64,000 bases of DNA from Thermoplasmatota archaeon. Lineage in GTDB: Archaea > Thermoplasmatota > Penumbrarchaeia > Penumbrarchaeales > Penumbrarchaeaceae. The stretch lies in assembly GCA_965234725.1 (NCBI GenBank), contig CBDDUX010000008.1, positions 1 through 64,000 on the forward strand. Direction: 5' to 3'. This document shows, piece after piece, positions 44,020 to 53,281 of the stretch; within the stretch, counting starts at the first letter, position 1; each line of letters starts with the position of its first letter. Position numbers and translations under genes: made by a program. Under the pieces are notes generated by a model. It was not told the origin of the DNA and did no database searches. It saw only the letters and a program-made list of their open reading frames with translations.

Positions 44020-45246
44020 ATGAAGGCTCTGGTCCTTGCGGCAGGTGAAGGTAAGAGGATGGGACCTCTTACCGAGAACAGGCCAAAACCAATGCTTCCT
44101 GTGGCGGGACGACCGTTCCTGGAGCATACCGTGATGGCATTGAAGGAAGCGGGTGTTATTGACATTACTATACTAACAGGATATCATGGGATGTCCATCA
44201 AGGACTACATGGGAGATGGATCCAGACTTGGGGTCAATATTGATTACCTTCTTCAACCCCAAAGACTGGGGACCGCTCATGCGGTGGGAATGGCCAAGGA
44301 CAATCTGGACGAACCTTTCATCTGCCTTAACGGTGATGTCATTGTCAGCCAGAAGCTGATCACCTCCCTGATAGAGAAGTTCAACCTGACCAAATGCAAC
44401 CTCATGACCCTTATTGAGGTGGAGGACGCGTCCAGGTTCGGCCTTGTGAAAGTTGATATTGATAAGGTCAGAGGTATTGTGGAGAAATCCGGTCAGATAC
44501 AAAAGGGTTTGATCAATGGTGGCATCTATCTTTTTAAACCATCAATTTTCGAAGCCATTAGAAAGACACCTCTTTCACCCAGGGGTGAATATGAGATAAC
44601 GAACTCTCTCGAAATGATCATGGAAGATGAGGATGTTTTCGCACTGATCCCCGAGGAACCCTGGGTCGATATCGGATCACCATGGGACCTCCTTAATGCC
44701 CATGAGATATTCATGAGGGACCTGAAAGAGGACATTCAGGGTGATATCGAGGATAATGTGCACATATTTGGAAATGTAGTCCTGAAAAAGGGTGCCAGGA
44801 TAAAATCCGGTACGTATATTGAGGGCAATGTTTTCATTGATGAGGATGCGGTCATCGGGCCGAACTCCTACATAAGGGGTAGCACATACATAGGGAAACG
44901 TTCAAAGGTGGGCGCGGCATCCGAGGTGAAGAATTCGATCATACTTGACAGGTCCAGCATCCCCCACCATAATTATGTGGGTGATTCCATCATAGGGACC
45001 GATTGCAATCTTGGAAGCGGGACCAAGGTAGCGAACCTGAGACTTGACGATAGGACCGTTCCGGTTACCCTTAAAGGGATCAGGGTCGACTCGGGTAGAA
45101 GGAAGCTGGGAGTTATTATTGGAGACGATGTTAAGACTGGTATAAACGCCACAATGGATCCAGGGACCATGATATTCAGCGGTTCTCGGATCGGACCGGG
45201 AACCCATGCTTCGGGAACGATAGGGAAGGATTCCATAATATATTGA
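44020..45246 (+). CDS. glmU: Bifunctional sugar-1-phosphate nucleotidylyltransferase/acetyltransferase (archaeal GlmU-like)
   Basis: LAAGEGKRMGPLTENRPKPM, LGTAHAV, hexapeptide repeats, YVGDSIIG. Confidence 0.92.
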   Translation: MKALVLAAGEGKRMGPLTENRPKPMLPVAGRPFLEHTVMALKEAGVIDITILTGYHGMSIKDYMGDGSRLGVNIDYLLQPQRLGTAHAVGMAKDNLDEPFICLNGDVIVSQKLITSLIEKFNLTKCNLMTLIEVEDASRFGLVKVDIDKVRGIVEKSGQIQKGLINGGIYLFKPSIFEAIRKTPLSPRGEYEITNSLEMIMEDEDVFALIPEEPWVDIGSPWDLLNAHEIFMRDLKEDIQGDIEDNVHIFGNVVLKKGARIKSGTYIEGNVFIDEDAVIGPNSYIRGSTYIGKRSKVGAASEVKNSIILDRSSIPHHNYVGDSIIGTDCNLGSGTKVANLRLDDRTVPVTLKGIRVDSGRRKLGVIIGDDVKTGINATMDPGTMIFSGSRIGPGTHASGTIGKDSIIY

Positions 45247-45255
45247 GGTAAGGAG

Positions 45256-46128
45256 ATGCTCAATGTCCTCCTGATGAGTACAGAGGACGAGGCTTCCAGG
45301 AATATTCGGGATCGATTGATTGAGCTTGGTAGCTTCGAGGAGGTCGGTACCTTCCATGGTCACCCTGTTCATCTCGGCCATGATCTTCTCCTTTTTGAGA
45401 AGGAGGGTCTTCACCTGTATTTCGACAATGTTGACATGGAGATAAGGTCCTGGGTTGATGAAGAGTTAACCCATTCAATAATTTTCCAAAAGGAAAGCCT
45501 ACATCCCGTTGACCTTTTGGTATTCCTTTCAAAGCACAGTTCGGAGATGGAGGTAAAGAGCCTTACGGTCCATCCGATCGGTAACTATCTCACGGCAGAA
45601 CATGGCGGAGAATCAGGATACCTTCCCCCCTCGGCCCCATTTGAAATGACAGCCGCTCTTAAAGCCCTCTATAGAGAGAAAAAGGCTTTGGGCATCAAGG
45701 ACCAGACCGCTTATGAGGTCACACATCACGGCCCCCTCATTTCTTCACCCTGTTTTTTCATCGAGATAGGATCAGCACCTTCAAGATGGGGCTTGCCGAT
45801 CCTGGGGGAGGCAATAGCCAGATCTTTGATATCAGGTGATCTCCTGAAACCAAGGACGGACATTCCTGTGGCTATCGGAGTAGGAGGGGGACATTATGCT
45901 CCAAGGTTCACTGACAGGGCCAGGAGGAACAAGTTTGCATTTGGACATATGATCCCTGATCACATCCTTTCAGGAGAAAAGACCCTTAAGGACCTTATGC
46001 AGTTGGCAAAGGACTCAACGCCAGGAGCCGAGTATGTGTTCGTTCACAGGTCCAACAGGAACGAGGAACTCATTGAGGGGATCGAAGGTGCTGCTGGAGA
46101 TCTCGGATTGAAAGTTGCGGGGATCTGA
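45256..46128 (+). CDS. dtdA: Archaeal D-aminoacyl-tRNA deacylase (DTD2/GEK1 family)
   Basis: FLSKHSS, LTVHPIGN, EVTHHGP, FIEIGS, GGGHY. Confidence 0.92.
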   Translation: MLNVLLMSTEDEASRNIRDRLIELGSFEEVGTFHGHPVHLGHDLLLFEKEGLHLYFDNVDMEIRSWVDEELTHSIIFQKESLHPVDLLVFLSKHSSEMEVKSLTVHPIGNYLTAEHGGESGYLPPSAPFEMTAALKALYREKKALGIKDQTAYEVTHHGPLISSPCFFIEIGSAPSRWGLPILGEAIARSLISGDLLKPRTDIPVAIGVGGGHYAPRFTDRARRNKFAFGHMIPDHILSGEKTLKDLMQLAKDSTPGAEYVFVHRSNRNEELIEGIEGAAGDLGLKVAGI

Positions 46129-46137
46129 TGACACAAT

Positions 46138-47802
46138 TCAGTCTATCTTTTTTTCCATATAGAAACCGCTTTTTCTGTAACCTAAGGACCGATAATAATC
46201 CCTGACACCAATACCTGAGGTAACAACGACCCTGCTCTTTCCCAATTCATCCTTGGCTATCTTCTCTGCCTCCAATAGGAGTCTCTTTCCGGTTCCCCTG
46301 TGCTGCCAGGTATCCTCCTTCCTTTCACCGATCGGAACAAGCTGACCAAATACCTTGAGCTCACGGACAAAAAGTAGATCACCGGACCCTTCTCCTTCCG
46401 CAAGTGGGGACGGATCCCTCAACCTGATATAACCAAGGATGGAATCAGATGGCCCATGCTCAAGGGAAATGAAGAATTCCTTCCCACCGGATGCATCGTA
46501 TTCTCTTCGGGTAAGTTCGAATTCATTCATCAGGGGGGCCTCCAACCCATCCCTTGTCCTGTGTCCGATCTCCCTACACCTGACACATCGGCAGGACCAT
46601 CCCCTTTCTTTCATGATCTCCTCTGCAACCTGCCTTAGATTTGACATATCCACTCCGGCAGCGATAATTGGTGTCGGAATATCTCTCTGCACTCTCTGGA
46701 TCCTTACCCATGGTGGTGTGATCCTTTTGATCCTGGCCACTATATCAGCGGCTTCCATTGTGGAGAGAGGTTCGTGGTCTCCCCTCTTCCACATGTCAAA
46801 CAGCTCGGTCCCTTCGACCACCAATGTGGGGTATATCTTGATCATATCCGGTCTGAATGACGGGTCAGAAAACACCCTTTCTGCACTCTCTATGTCCATC
46901 TCCCTTGTAGAGCCAGGAAGACCAGGCATCAGATGATAGCTTACCTTCAGACCCGCATCCTTGGCCACCCTTGTAGCTTCAATGGATTCTGTTGTCCCAT
47001 GTCCTCTTGAGCATTCTTCTAATACCATGTCGAAAGCTGATTGGACTCCCAGCTCAACTCGTGTCCCTCCCAGTTCTAGAACATTCCTGCATTGTGGCCA
47101 TTGGAAATGGTCAGGTCTCGTTTCAAAGGTCATACCTATACATCGGTGCAGGGAGGTCTCGTTCAGGAGCTGTGCTTCTTTGATGGATGGGGTTACAATT
47201 CCGTTCATGGCATCCAGACAGCCTTTCACGAAATCCCTTTGGTAACCCTCCTCCCTCGCTGTGAGCGTCCCTCCCATGAGAATGAGGTCGATCTTGTCCG
47301 TGGGATGACCGATGGCATCCAGCTGAGAGATCCTGTTCAGGGTCTGTTTGAACGGATCGTAATCGTTCATCGCCGCTCTCATGGCTGCCGGTTCCCTTCC
47401 GGTGTAGGATTGCGGGGTAGGGACCTCTTTTGAAGTCCCTCCAGGGCAGAATATACATCTTCCATGGGGGCAGTCGTGAGGGGAGGTCATTACAGCAACA
47501 ACAGCAACCCCTGATAACGTCCTGGAAGGTTTTTTGAGCAGAATTCGCATGGTATCAGGGTCTATGGCCGGTCCTTTGCTCTTGAGGTATGCTATGACCA
47601 TGGAATTCGATGGGATACCCTTCTGGGAATACTTCTTTGCCATCTTCAGCTTGAAAGATTGAAAGGAGTCCCTGTCCCTGATAATACCTTCATCCAAGGC
47701 TATCGCTATCTCTGAAAGCATCTTCTCAACTTCAGGGTCTTCTATATAATCGTCAAAATTCCGTGTGCCCTTCTTCATCTCACTTTGCATCTGCAACATC
47801 AC
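46138..47802 (-). CDS. elp3: tRNA U34 5-carboxymethyl modification radical SAM/GNAT enzyme
   Basis: RTLSGVAVVAVMTSPHDCPHGRCIFCPGG, ETRPD, RVQRDIP, RELKVFG, QHRGTG. Confidence 0.96.
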   Translation of the reverse strand: MMLQMQSEMKKGTRNFDDYIEDPEVEKMLSEIAIALDEGIIRDRDSFQSFKLKMAKKYSQKGIPSNSMVIAYLKSKGPAIDPDTMRILLKKPSRTLSGVAVVAVMTSPHDCPHGRCIFCPGGTSKEVPTPQSYTGREPAAMRAAMNDYDPFKQTLNRISQLDAIGHPTDKIDLILMGGTLTAREEGYQRDFVKGCLDAMNGIVTPSIKEAQLLNETSLHRCIGMTFETRPDHFQWPQCRNVLELGGTRVELGVQSAFDMVLEECSRGHGTTESIEATRVAKDAGLKVSYHLMPGLPGSTREMDIESAERVFSDPSFRPDMIKIYPTLVVEGTELFDMWKRGDHEPLSTMEAADIVARIKRITPPWVRIQRVQRDIPTPIIAAGVDMSNLRQVAEEIMKERGWSCRCVRCREIGHRTRDGLEAPLMNEFELTRREYDASGGKEFFISLEHGPSDSILGYIRLRDPSPLAEGEGSGDLLFVRELKVFGQLVPIGERKEDTWQHRGTGKRLLLEAEKIAKDELGKSRVVVTSGIGVRDYYRSLGYRKSGFYMEKKID

Positions 47803-47915
47803 GAGGGAACGGTTATTGGGTCTTATTGTTTTTGAAAGGTTTGTAACAAAGTGGTCTCATCAGATATCGGAAACGTTAATGTCTGAGGTGTAATTACACC
47901 CTGCGAGGTATATTC

Positions 47916-49214
47916 ATGACCCTACAACTTCCCGACAATGAGGATGTCAGATACATATACGAGCAGATAGACACCCATACGGATTGGTTCCATGATTCTC
48001 TCTGTATGATCGCTTCCGAGAATCTGGTATCACCATTGGCCAGACAGCTTCAGGTATGCGATTTCACTGACAGGTACGCAGAGGGGCTTCCCGGAAAGAG
48101 ATACTATAATGGGAACATCTACGTGGACAAGGTGGAGAACAGGGTTGAAGAGCTGGCAAAGAAGCTTTTCAAAGCGCCCGAAGCAGATGTCAGGCCCATT
48201 TCCGGAACAACGGCCAATATTTCAGCCTTCTTTGCCTTAATCAAACCCGGGGACCTCTATTTCGCACCGCATCTGAATGATGGGGCCCATATCTCCTCTG
48301 CAAAGTTCGGTGCCGGGGGATTGAGGGGCGGGAACGAGATGACATATGTCTGGGACAAGGACCTGATGAACATCGACATTGATGAGACAAGGAAGCTTCT
48401 GTTGGAACATCGTCCCAAGCTATGCCTTTTTGGCAGGTCCGTATTCCTCTTTCCCGCTCCCCTGAAGGAACTTCAGGATACATTGCAGGAGATAGACTGC
48501 CATGTGTGGTATGACGGGGCTCATGTCCTTGGACTGATCGCAGGAGGGAGGTTCCAGGACCCGCTGAGAGAAGGAGCCCATATCATCACCGGTTCGACCC
48601 ACAAGACACTGCCCGGACCTCAGGGGGGAGTTATAGTAGGTAATCCCAAGGACGAAGAACAGTGGAAGGCGATTAGAAGGAGGGTCTTCCCGGGAACACA
48701 TTCCTCCCATCATCTTATGACAATGGCAGCAAAGGGCGTGGCGTTCGCAGAACACATCGAGTTCGGGGCCGAATATGCCGATCAGATCATCAGAAATGCG
48801 GGTGCTCTTGCTCAATCCCTGTATGAAAGGGGATTCAAGGTCCTCGGAGAGAAACATGGTTTCACGAAGTCCCATGCTTTGGTAATGGATGTCACCGAGC
48901 AAGGTGGGGGAGCCACATGCGCCCTCGATCTTGAAACGGCCAACATCATCACCAACAAGAACCTGATACCGGACGATCCGGGAACTGCCATGAGACCATC
49001 AGGGCTCAGGTTGGGTGCCCAGGAATTGACAAGGATCGGTATGAAAGAATCTCACATGGCCGAGGTAGCAGAGATCTTCAAAAGGGTACTGATAGACAAG
49101 GAGGACCCTCTGAAGGTGAAAGAGGATGTCAAAGAGTTCAAGAATGATTTCCAGACCATCCACTATTGTTTCTCACCTGGCACAGAAGCATACAAAAAAT
49201 GGATGATCTGTTAG
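47916..49214 (+). CDS. glyA: Serine hydroxymethyltransferase (archaeal type)
   Basis: IASEN, RYAEGLPGKRYY, DGAHVLGLIAG, STHKTLPGPQGG, SGLRLG. Confidence 0.96.
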   Translation: MTLQLPDNEDVRYIYEQIDTHTDWFHDSLCMIASENLVSPLARQLQVCDFTDRYAEGLPGKRYYNGNIYVDKVENRVEELAKKLFKAPEADVRPISGTTANISAFFALIKPGDLYFAPHLNDGAHISSAKFGAGGLRGGNEMTYVWDKDLMNIDIDETRKLLLEHRPKLCLFGRSVFLFPAPLKELQDTLQEIDCHVWYDGAHVLGLIAGGRFQDPLREGAHIITGSTHKTLPGPQGGVIVGNPKDEEQWKAIRRRVFPGTHSSHHLMTMAAKGVAFAEHIEFGAEYADQIIRNAGALAQSLYERGFKVLGEKHGFTKSHALVMDVTEQGGGATCALDLETANIITNKNLIPDDPGTAMRPSGLRLGAQELTRIGMKESHMAEVAEIFKRVLIDKEDPLKVKEDVKEFKNDFQTIHYCFSPGTEAYKKWMIC

Positions 49215-49265
49215 AAATTCCTGAAAATAGTAATGACCAAACGATCCATAATCTACTTGTCTTTC

Positions 49266-50903
49266 TCACTGTTCAAGTATGGATCTGCAGTAATCGAGAC
49301 CCTGCAATCCTACTTCATTGTTGGGTTCCAGATCAAGTAGGTTCTTGTAGCACTCCATAGCAGGTTCTATCTCTCCCATCTTCTCGAGGATTATTCCGGC
49401 ATTCATCCAAGTGGAGGGTGTCTTTTCGTTGATCCTAAGAGCCTCGTCCAAGCACTCCAGGGCTTCTCTAAGCCTTCCGGCCCTGGTGAATACTACCGCT
49501 TTGTTGTTCCAGCCATCCTCGGAGTAAGGGTCCTTCTTCACAGCTCTGTCCAGACATTCCAGTGAATCGTCCAGATCACCCTTTATTGAAAGAAGGGTGG
49601 CATAGTTGATAAGGGTCTCGACTGAATCGGGATCCATTTCGAGTATGTGTTTATAAAGTTCTATCGAACCTTCAACATCCCCTTGATCATAAAGGATAAC
49701 CCCCTTCTCATTCAGAATGGCCAGATCATCTGGCTTATCCTTGAGCAGACGATCTGCCATCTCAGATGCTTCCTGGATCTCTCCATCCTCCATAAGCATC
49801 TTTAAAGATAAAAGGGAATCATCATAGACTTTTTCAACCGGTTCTGTTCCGATCTTTTTCCGTTCTTCTATCTTTACCACATCTCTCTCAGATTGCATCT
49901 CAGATGGACCACTTTCCTCTTCAATGTCAGCAAGTGTTTCCTCTTCTCCAATTGTCTGGATCCCTGCCTTCGACCTCTGAGTTGTCTCACTTTTCTTCAT
50001 CTCATCGATCATTTCGAAACCTAACCCCGGTCCTGCGGGAACTGTGGAGGGGGGCATCTCAAGAGCCATTGAATGGTTTTGTTCCCGTGGTCGTGATTTC
50101 ACCCTTATAACATCCGTTGTATCCCTAAGTTCATCTTGTGGAGCTTTCATTTTCATGATCTCTTTTGTGTCCTCCAGGCCTGTTCTTGGAGGGATGGTGA
50201 TTAGGGTAGAGTCATCATCCTCAAGGCCTGGTTTGGGAGCACCGATCTTGATCGGAACATCACTGTCCTCCAGACCTTCCTTCGGAGGTGTCATCATCAT
50301 GGGTTTTTCATCCTGGTCCTCAAGCCACTCGATCCTTCCCCCTCTCATAGATGATCCGTTGTTTAGGATCCCTGCCCGGTCGTCCAAGTTGCGGGCGACA
50401 AGCCTTCTCTTGATCACTCTGGCCACTTTTGGACGTTCCTTGACCGAACCGTTGGAAAGTTGAATTGTATCCTTCTTCTCCTTATCCTCGAGTTCCTTTT
50501 CCATTTTGAGGAATCTACTTTCAGATGAGGAGATGTCGCCCCCACTATGGATCTGTTGGTATATCTTAGAAAGTTCTTCTTTGATCTCTGTCCTGGCTCT
50601 CTCCTGATCCTGACCCTTGGGATGTTTCTGGTTTTCCCTTCTTCTCAAGGTCTGGACCAGATTTTGATGCTCTTCACGGGTGATCCCCATATGAACTCTG
50701 ACATCCTCCATCATCTCCTCAAGGAGTTCGTCTTCCATCCTGGCAGAGACATATTTCTTCATCAAGGACCCATAGAATTCCATATTCCTTGCATGCCTTT
50801 CAATATCGAGGTTGGATCTGGACCTCACAGTAGAATCATCCTTATCCCTTATCAATGCCCTTAAACCCTTACCCAGGGCGCCACTATTATTATTCCTGGC
50901 CAT
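49266..50903 (-). CDS. TPR protein with an N-terminal LGKGL peptide and internal 16-aa repeats
   Basis: About five C-terminal TPRs; long low-complexity linker; start taken at ATG 50903. Confidence 0.82.
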   Translation of the reverse strand: MARNNNSGALGKGLRALIRDKDDSTVRSRSNLDIERHARNMEFYGSLMKKYVSARMEDELLEEMMEDVRVHMGITREEHQNLVQTLRRRENQKHPKGQDQERARTEIKEELSKIYQQIHSGGDISSSESRFLKMEKELEDKEKKDTIQLSNGSVKERPKVARVIKRRLVARNLDDRAGILNNGSSMRGGRIEWLEDQDEKPMMMTPPKEGLEDSDVPIKIGAPKPGLEDDDSTLITIPPRTGLEDTKEIMKMKAPQDELRDTTDVIRVKSRPREQNHSMALEMPPSTVPAGPGLGFEMIDEMKKSETTQRSKAGIQTIGEEETLADIEEESGPSEMQSERDVVKIEERKKIGTEPVEKVYDDSLLSLKMLMEDGEIQEASEMADRLLKDKPDDLAILNEKGVILYDQGDVEGSIELYKHILEMDPDSVETLINYATLLSIKGDLDDSLECLDRAVKKDPYSEDGWNNKAVVFTRAGRLREALECLDEALRINEKTPSTWMNAGIILEKMGEIEPAMECYKNLLDLEPNNEVGLQGLDYCRSILEQ

Positions 50904-51152
50904 TGGAGTTCTCCATTGAAGATTATTGAAACCGGGAATCAAGGTCCAGCATTAAGTGTTTTCCTTGCCCAAACCCCATTTTGAAAGAACATTCGCAAAT
51001 ATCCATTTTGCGGTCGGATTCACTTTCACCTATCCCCTATCACTAATGGTTTTTAACTATGGTCGCCGATCATTTTTCGAAGATGGACAATGTCCCCCGT
51101 TTAACAGAAAACGCCCGAAGATGGAACAGACTGGGCGTCTGGAAGTGAAAAG

Positions 51153-52394
51153 ATGAAGAACATGGAAGAGATGAAAGAAGAGGTCCATCGTTTGTCACGG
51201 GACCTTGGAATATCATTGGAAGAAGCTGAGAGATCGGTCTATAGCTCCTATGGCATCGATCCACCTGTGGAAAGCAGGTCAATTTCTGACCTATCCGAGT
51301 TAGAGGAAGGTATGCAGGGAGTGACCATCAGAGCTCGTCTTGTAACGGTTCACAGGGCCGAGAGGAAGGATGGGCAGGGTGAATACAGCTATGGAATGCT
51401 TGGAGATTCCTCCAATACTGTAAGATTCTCCGCTTGGAGGACCTTCGATTACATTCCTGGTGATGCTCTGGTGCTTCAGAATATCTCTGTGAGAAAGTTC
51501 AGGGATGAACTTGAAGTTGTCATTGGTGATAGGTCCCTTATTGGTTCCACTGATGAAAAGGACGGTCTCCTTCCCCCAATAGATGAAGGTGTTCCAGGAA
51601 TGATCGGTGAGCTGGAGGTGGGATCCAGGAGAATAGACATTGAGGGCAGGGTCATTGATCTAAACAAAGGGGAGGTTAAGATAAATGATAGGCCAAAGGA
51701 AATACTTCGTGGTACATTGGCCGACAGTTCCGGCAGGATCGATATCACTTGTTGGGACCCATTACCCCTTGAGGAAGGGGATTGTTACAGGATCATCGGT
51801 GGATATGTCAAGGAATATCGGGGTATTCTAAAACTGAACTTGGATAATGGGACTGTTGTCAAGAAATTACAAAGTGACTCTCTCCCGCCCCTTGAGGACC
51901 TCAAGGCCCCAAGGGATGTTAGGATACTGGAACTGCAGGATGGAAGGATAGGTGGTCAGGTAAGGTTAAGGGGTACCGTCATTGATGTTAGATCGGGGTC
52001 CGGGCTATATAAGAAATGCCAGGAATGCGGGAGGAAGCTTACCAAAGGTCAGTGCACCGTACATGGAAAGGTAAAGGGTGAAGAGGATATGGCTGTCCGG
52101 GCTGTTTTCGATGATGGCACTGGAACATGTATGCTGAGGGGGAACAGGTCACTGGTGGAGGGACTGATGGGCCGACCTATGGAGGTAATTTCCCGGGAGG
52201 TAAAGGAATCCATGGATCCCGATATTGTGACAGAAGAATTGGATCGTCTTCTTGTCTCCAGGACTTATACCGTCATAGGTGTATCGATCCTTGATGATTA
52301 TGGCATCAGTCTGAATGTATCGGAAATGGAAAGGGGATGGAACAATGATCTACTCAAGGATGAGGTCTCTCTCCTTCTGGGGGTGGTGGAATGA
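51153..52394 (+). CDS. rpa: Replication protein A large subunit (OB folds + Zn finger)
   Basis: GMLGDSSNTVRFSAW, GTLADSSGRIDITCW, CQEC...CTVHG, FDDGTG. Confidence 0.9.
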   Translation: MKNMEEMKEEVHRLSRDLGISLEEAERSVYSSYGIDPPVESRSISDLSELEEGMQGVTIRARLVTVHRAERKDGQGEYSYGMLGDSSNTVRFSAWRTFDYIPGDALVLQNISVRKFRDELEVVIGDRSLIGSTDEKDGLLPPIDEGVPGMIGELEVGSRRIDIEGRVIDLNKGEVKINDRPKEILRGTLADSSGRIDITCWDPLPLEEGDCYRIIGGYVKEYRGILKLNLDNGTVVKKLQSDSLPPLEDLKAPRDVRILELQDGRIGGQVRLRGTVIDVRSGSGLYKKCQECGRKLTKGQCTVHGKVKGEEDMAVRAVFDDGTGTCMLRGNRSLVEGLMGRPMEVISREVKESMDPDIVTEELDRLLVSRTYTVIGVSILDDYGISLNVSEMERGWNNDLLKDEVSLLLGVVE

Positions 52395-53233
52395 GGAAAC
52401 GTGAGCCTGCAATGCCTGTCCTGATAAAGGACATCCTTCTATCAACCGAGGAATCACCCATAGAGGAGGATGGGCCAAGGGCATATCAGATAACTCCAAC
52501 CGGCGCTTGCCTTTACAGAGCGATCATTTCCGGGGTACTCATGGAAATGGATGATATCGGATCAGAGGGTTCCAGGCTCTTCAGGTTGAGGGTCGCTGAT
52601 CCCACAGGTGGAATATCCTTCACTGTCGGACGATTCAACCCAGGTCTGATAGATATGATCTCTTCTATGGAAGCTCCATGCTTCGTAACGGTTGTGGGAA
52701 AGGTCACCAGGTTCGATTCCAGAAAGGGCGACAGGGTTGTGACCATCAATCCAGAATCCATTGTTCGAATAGACAAGGAAGAAAGGGATTCCTGGAATCT
52801 ACTTGCGATCAGGGACGCCCTTGCCAGACTCTGGAAACTTGAAGGCAGGGGCCCACTTCCAGGTAGAGGATTGGAGGTATCTCCCCCAAATGAACCCAGA
52901 GGAGGAGAGGAGACCGCAGAAGAGGCAAATTCCCTTATCAAAGAGACCCTTCTCTCAATTGATCGGGGGAGGTTTACCAAGGAACTCGAGATGGCCATGG
53001 ACATTTCAAATGGTGGTACCATCGAAGGATCGGATGATCTTGAGCAATACGAGGAAGAGGTAGTCAAGATGATCACTGACCTTGACAAAGGGGATGGAGC
53101 AAGATGGGATGATCTGGTCGACCTGGTAGAGAGAAAACGACTATCTCGGAACATCATTGAAGAGGTGATCTCAAATCTTTTGGACAAAGGTCTACTTTAT
53201 GAACCGGTCCTGGGTTTCCTAAAAGCTGTTTAA
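52391..53233 (+). CDS. RPA-associated/Rpa2-like OB-fold protein with a C-terminal winged helix
   Basis: RKREPA, TPTGA, RLRVADPTG, VVGK, LLDKGLLYEP; ATGA overlap with rpa. Confidence 0.85.
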   Translation: MRKREPAMPVLIKDILLSTEESPIEEDGPRAYQITPTGACLYRAIISGVLMEMDDIGSEGSRLFRLRVADPTGGISFTVGRFNPGLIDMISSMEAPCFVTVVGKVTRFDSRKGDRVVTINPESIVRIDKEERDSWNLLAIRDALARLWKLEGRGPLPGRGLEVSPPNEPRGGEETAEEANSLIKETLLSIDRGRFTKELEMAMDISNGGTIEGSDDLEQYEEEVVKMITDLDKGDGARWDDLVDLVERKRLSRNIIEEVISNLLDKGLLYEPVLGFLKAV

Positions 53234-53281
53234 TTACTTCATACCCGAATTTCAAATATGACCTCTCTTTATCCCTATGCT

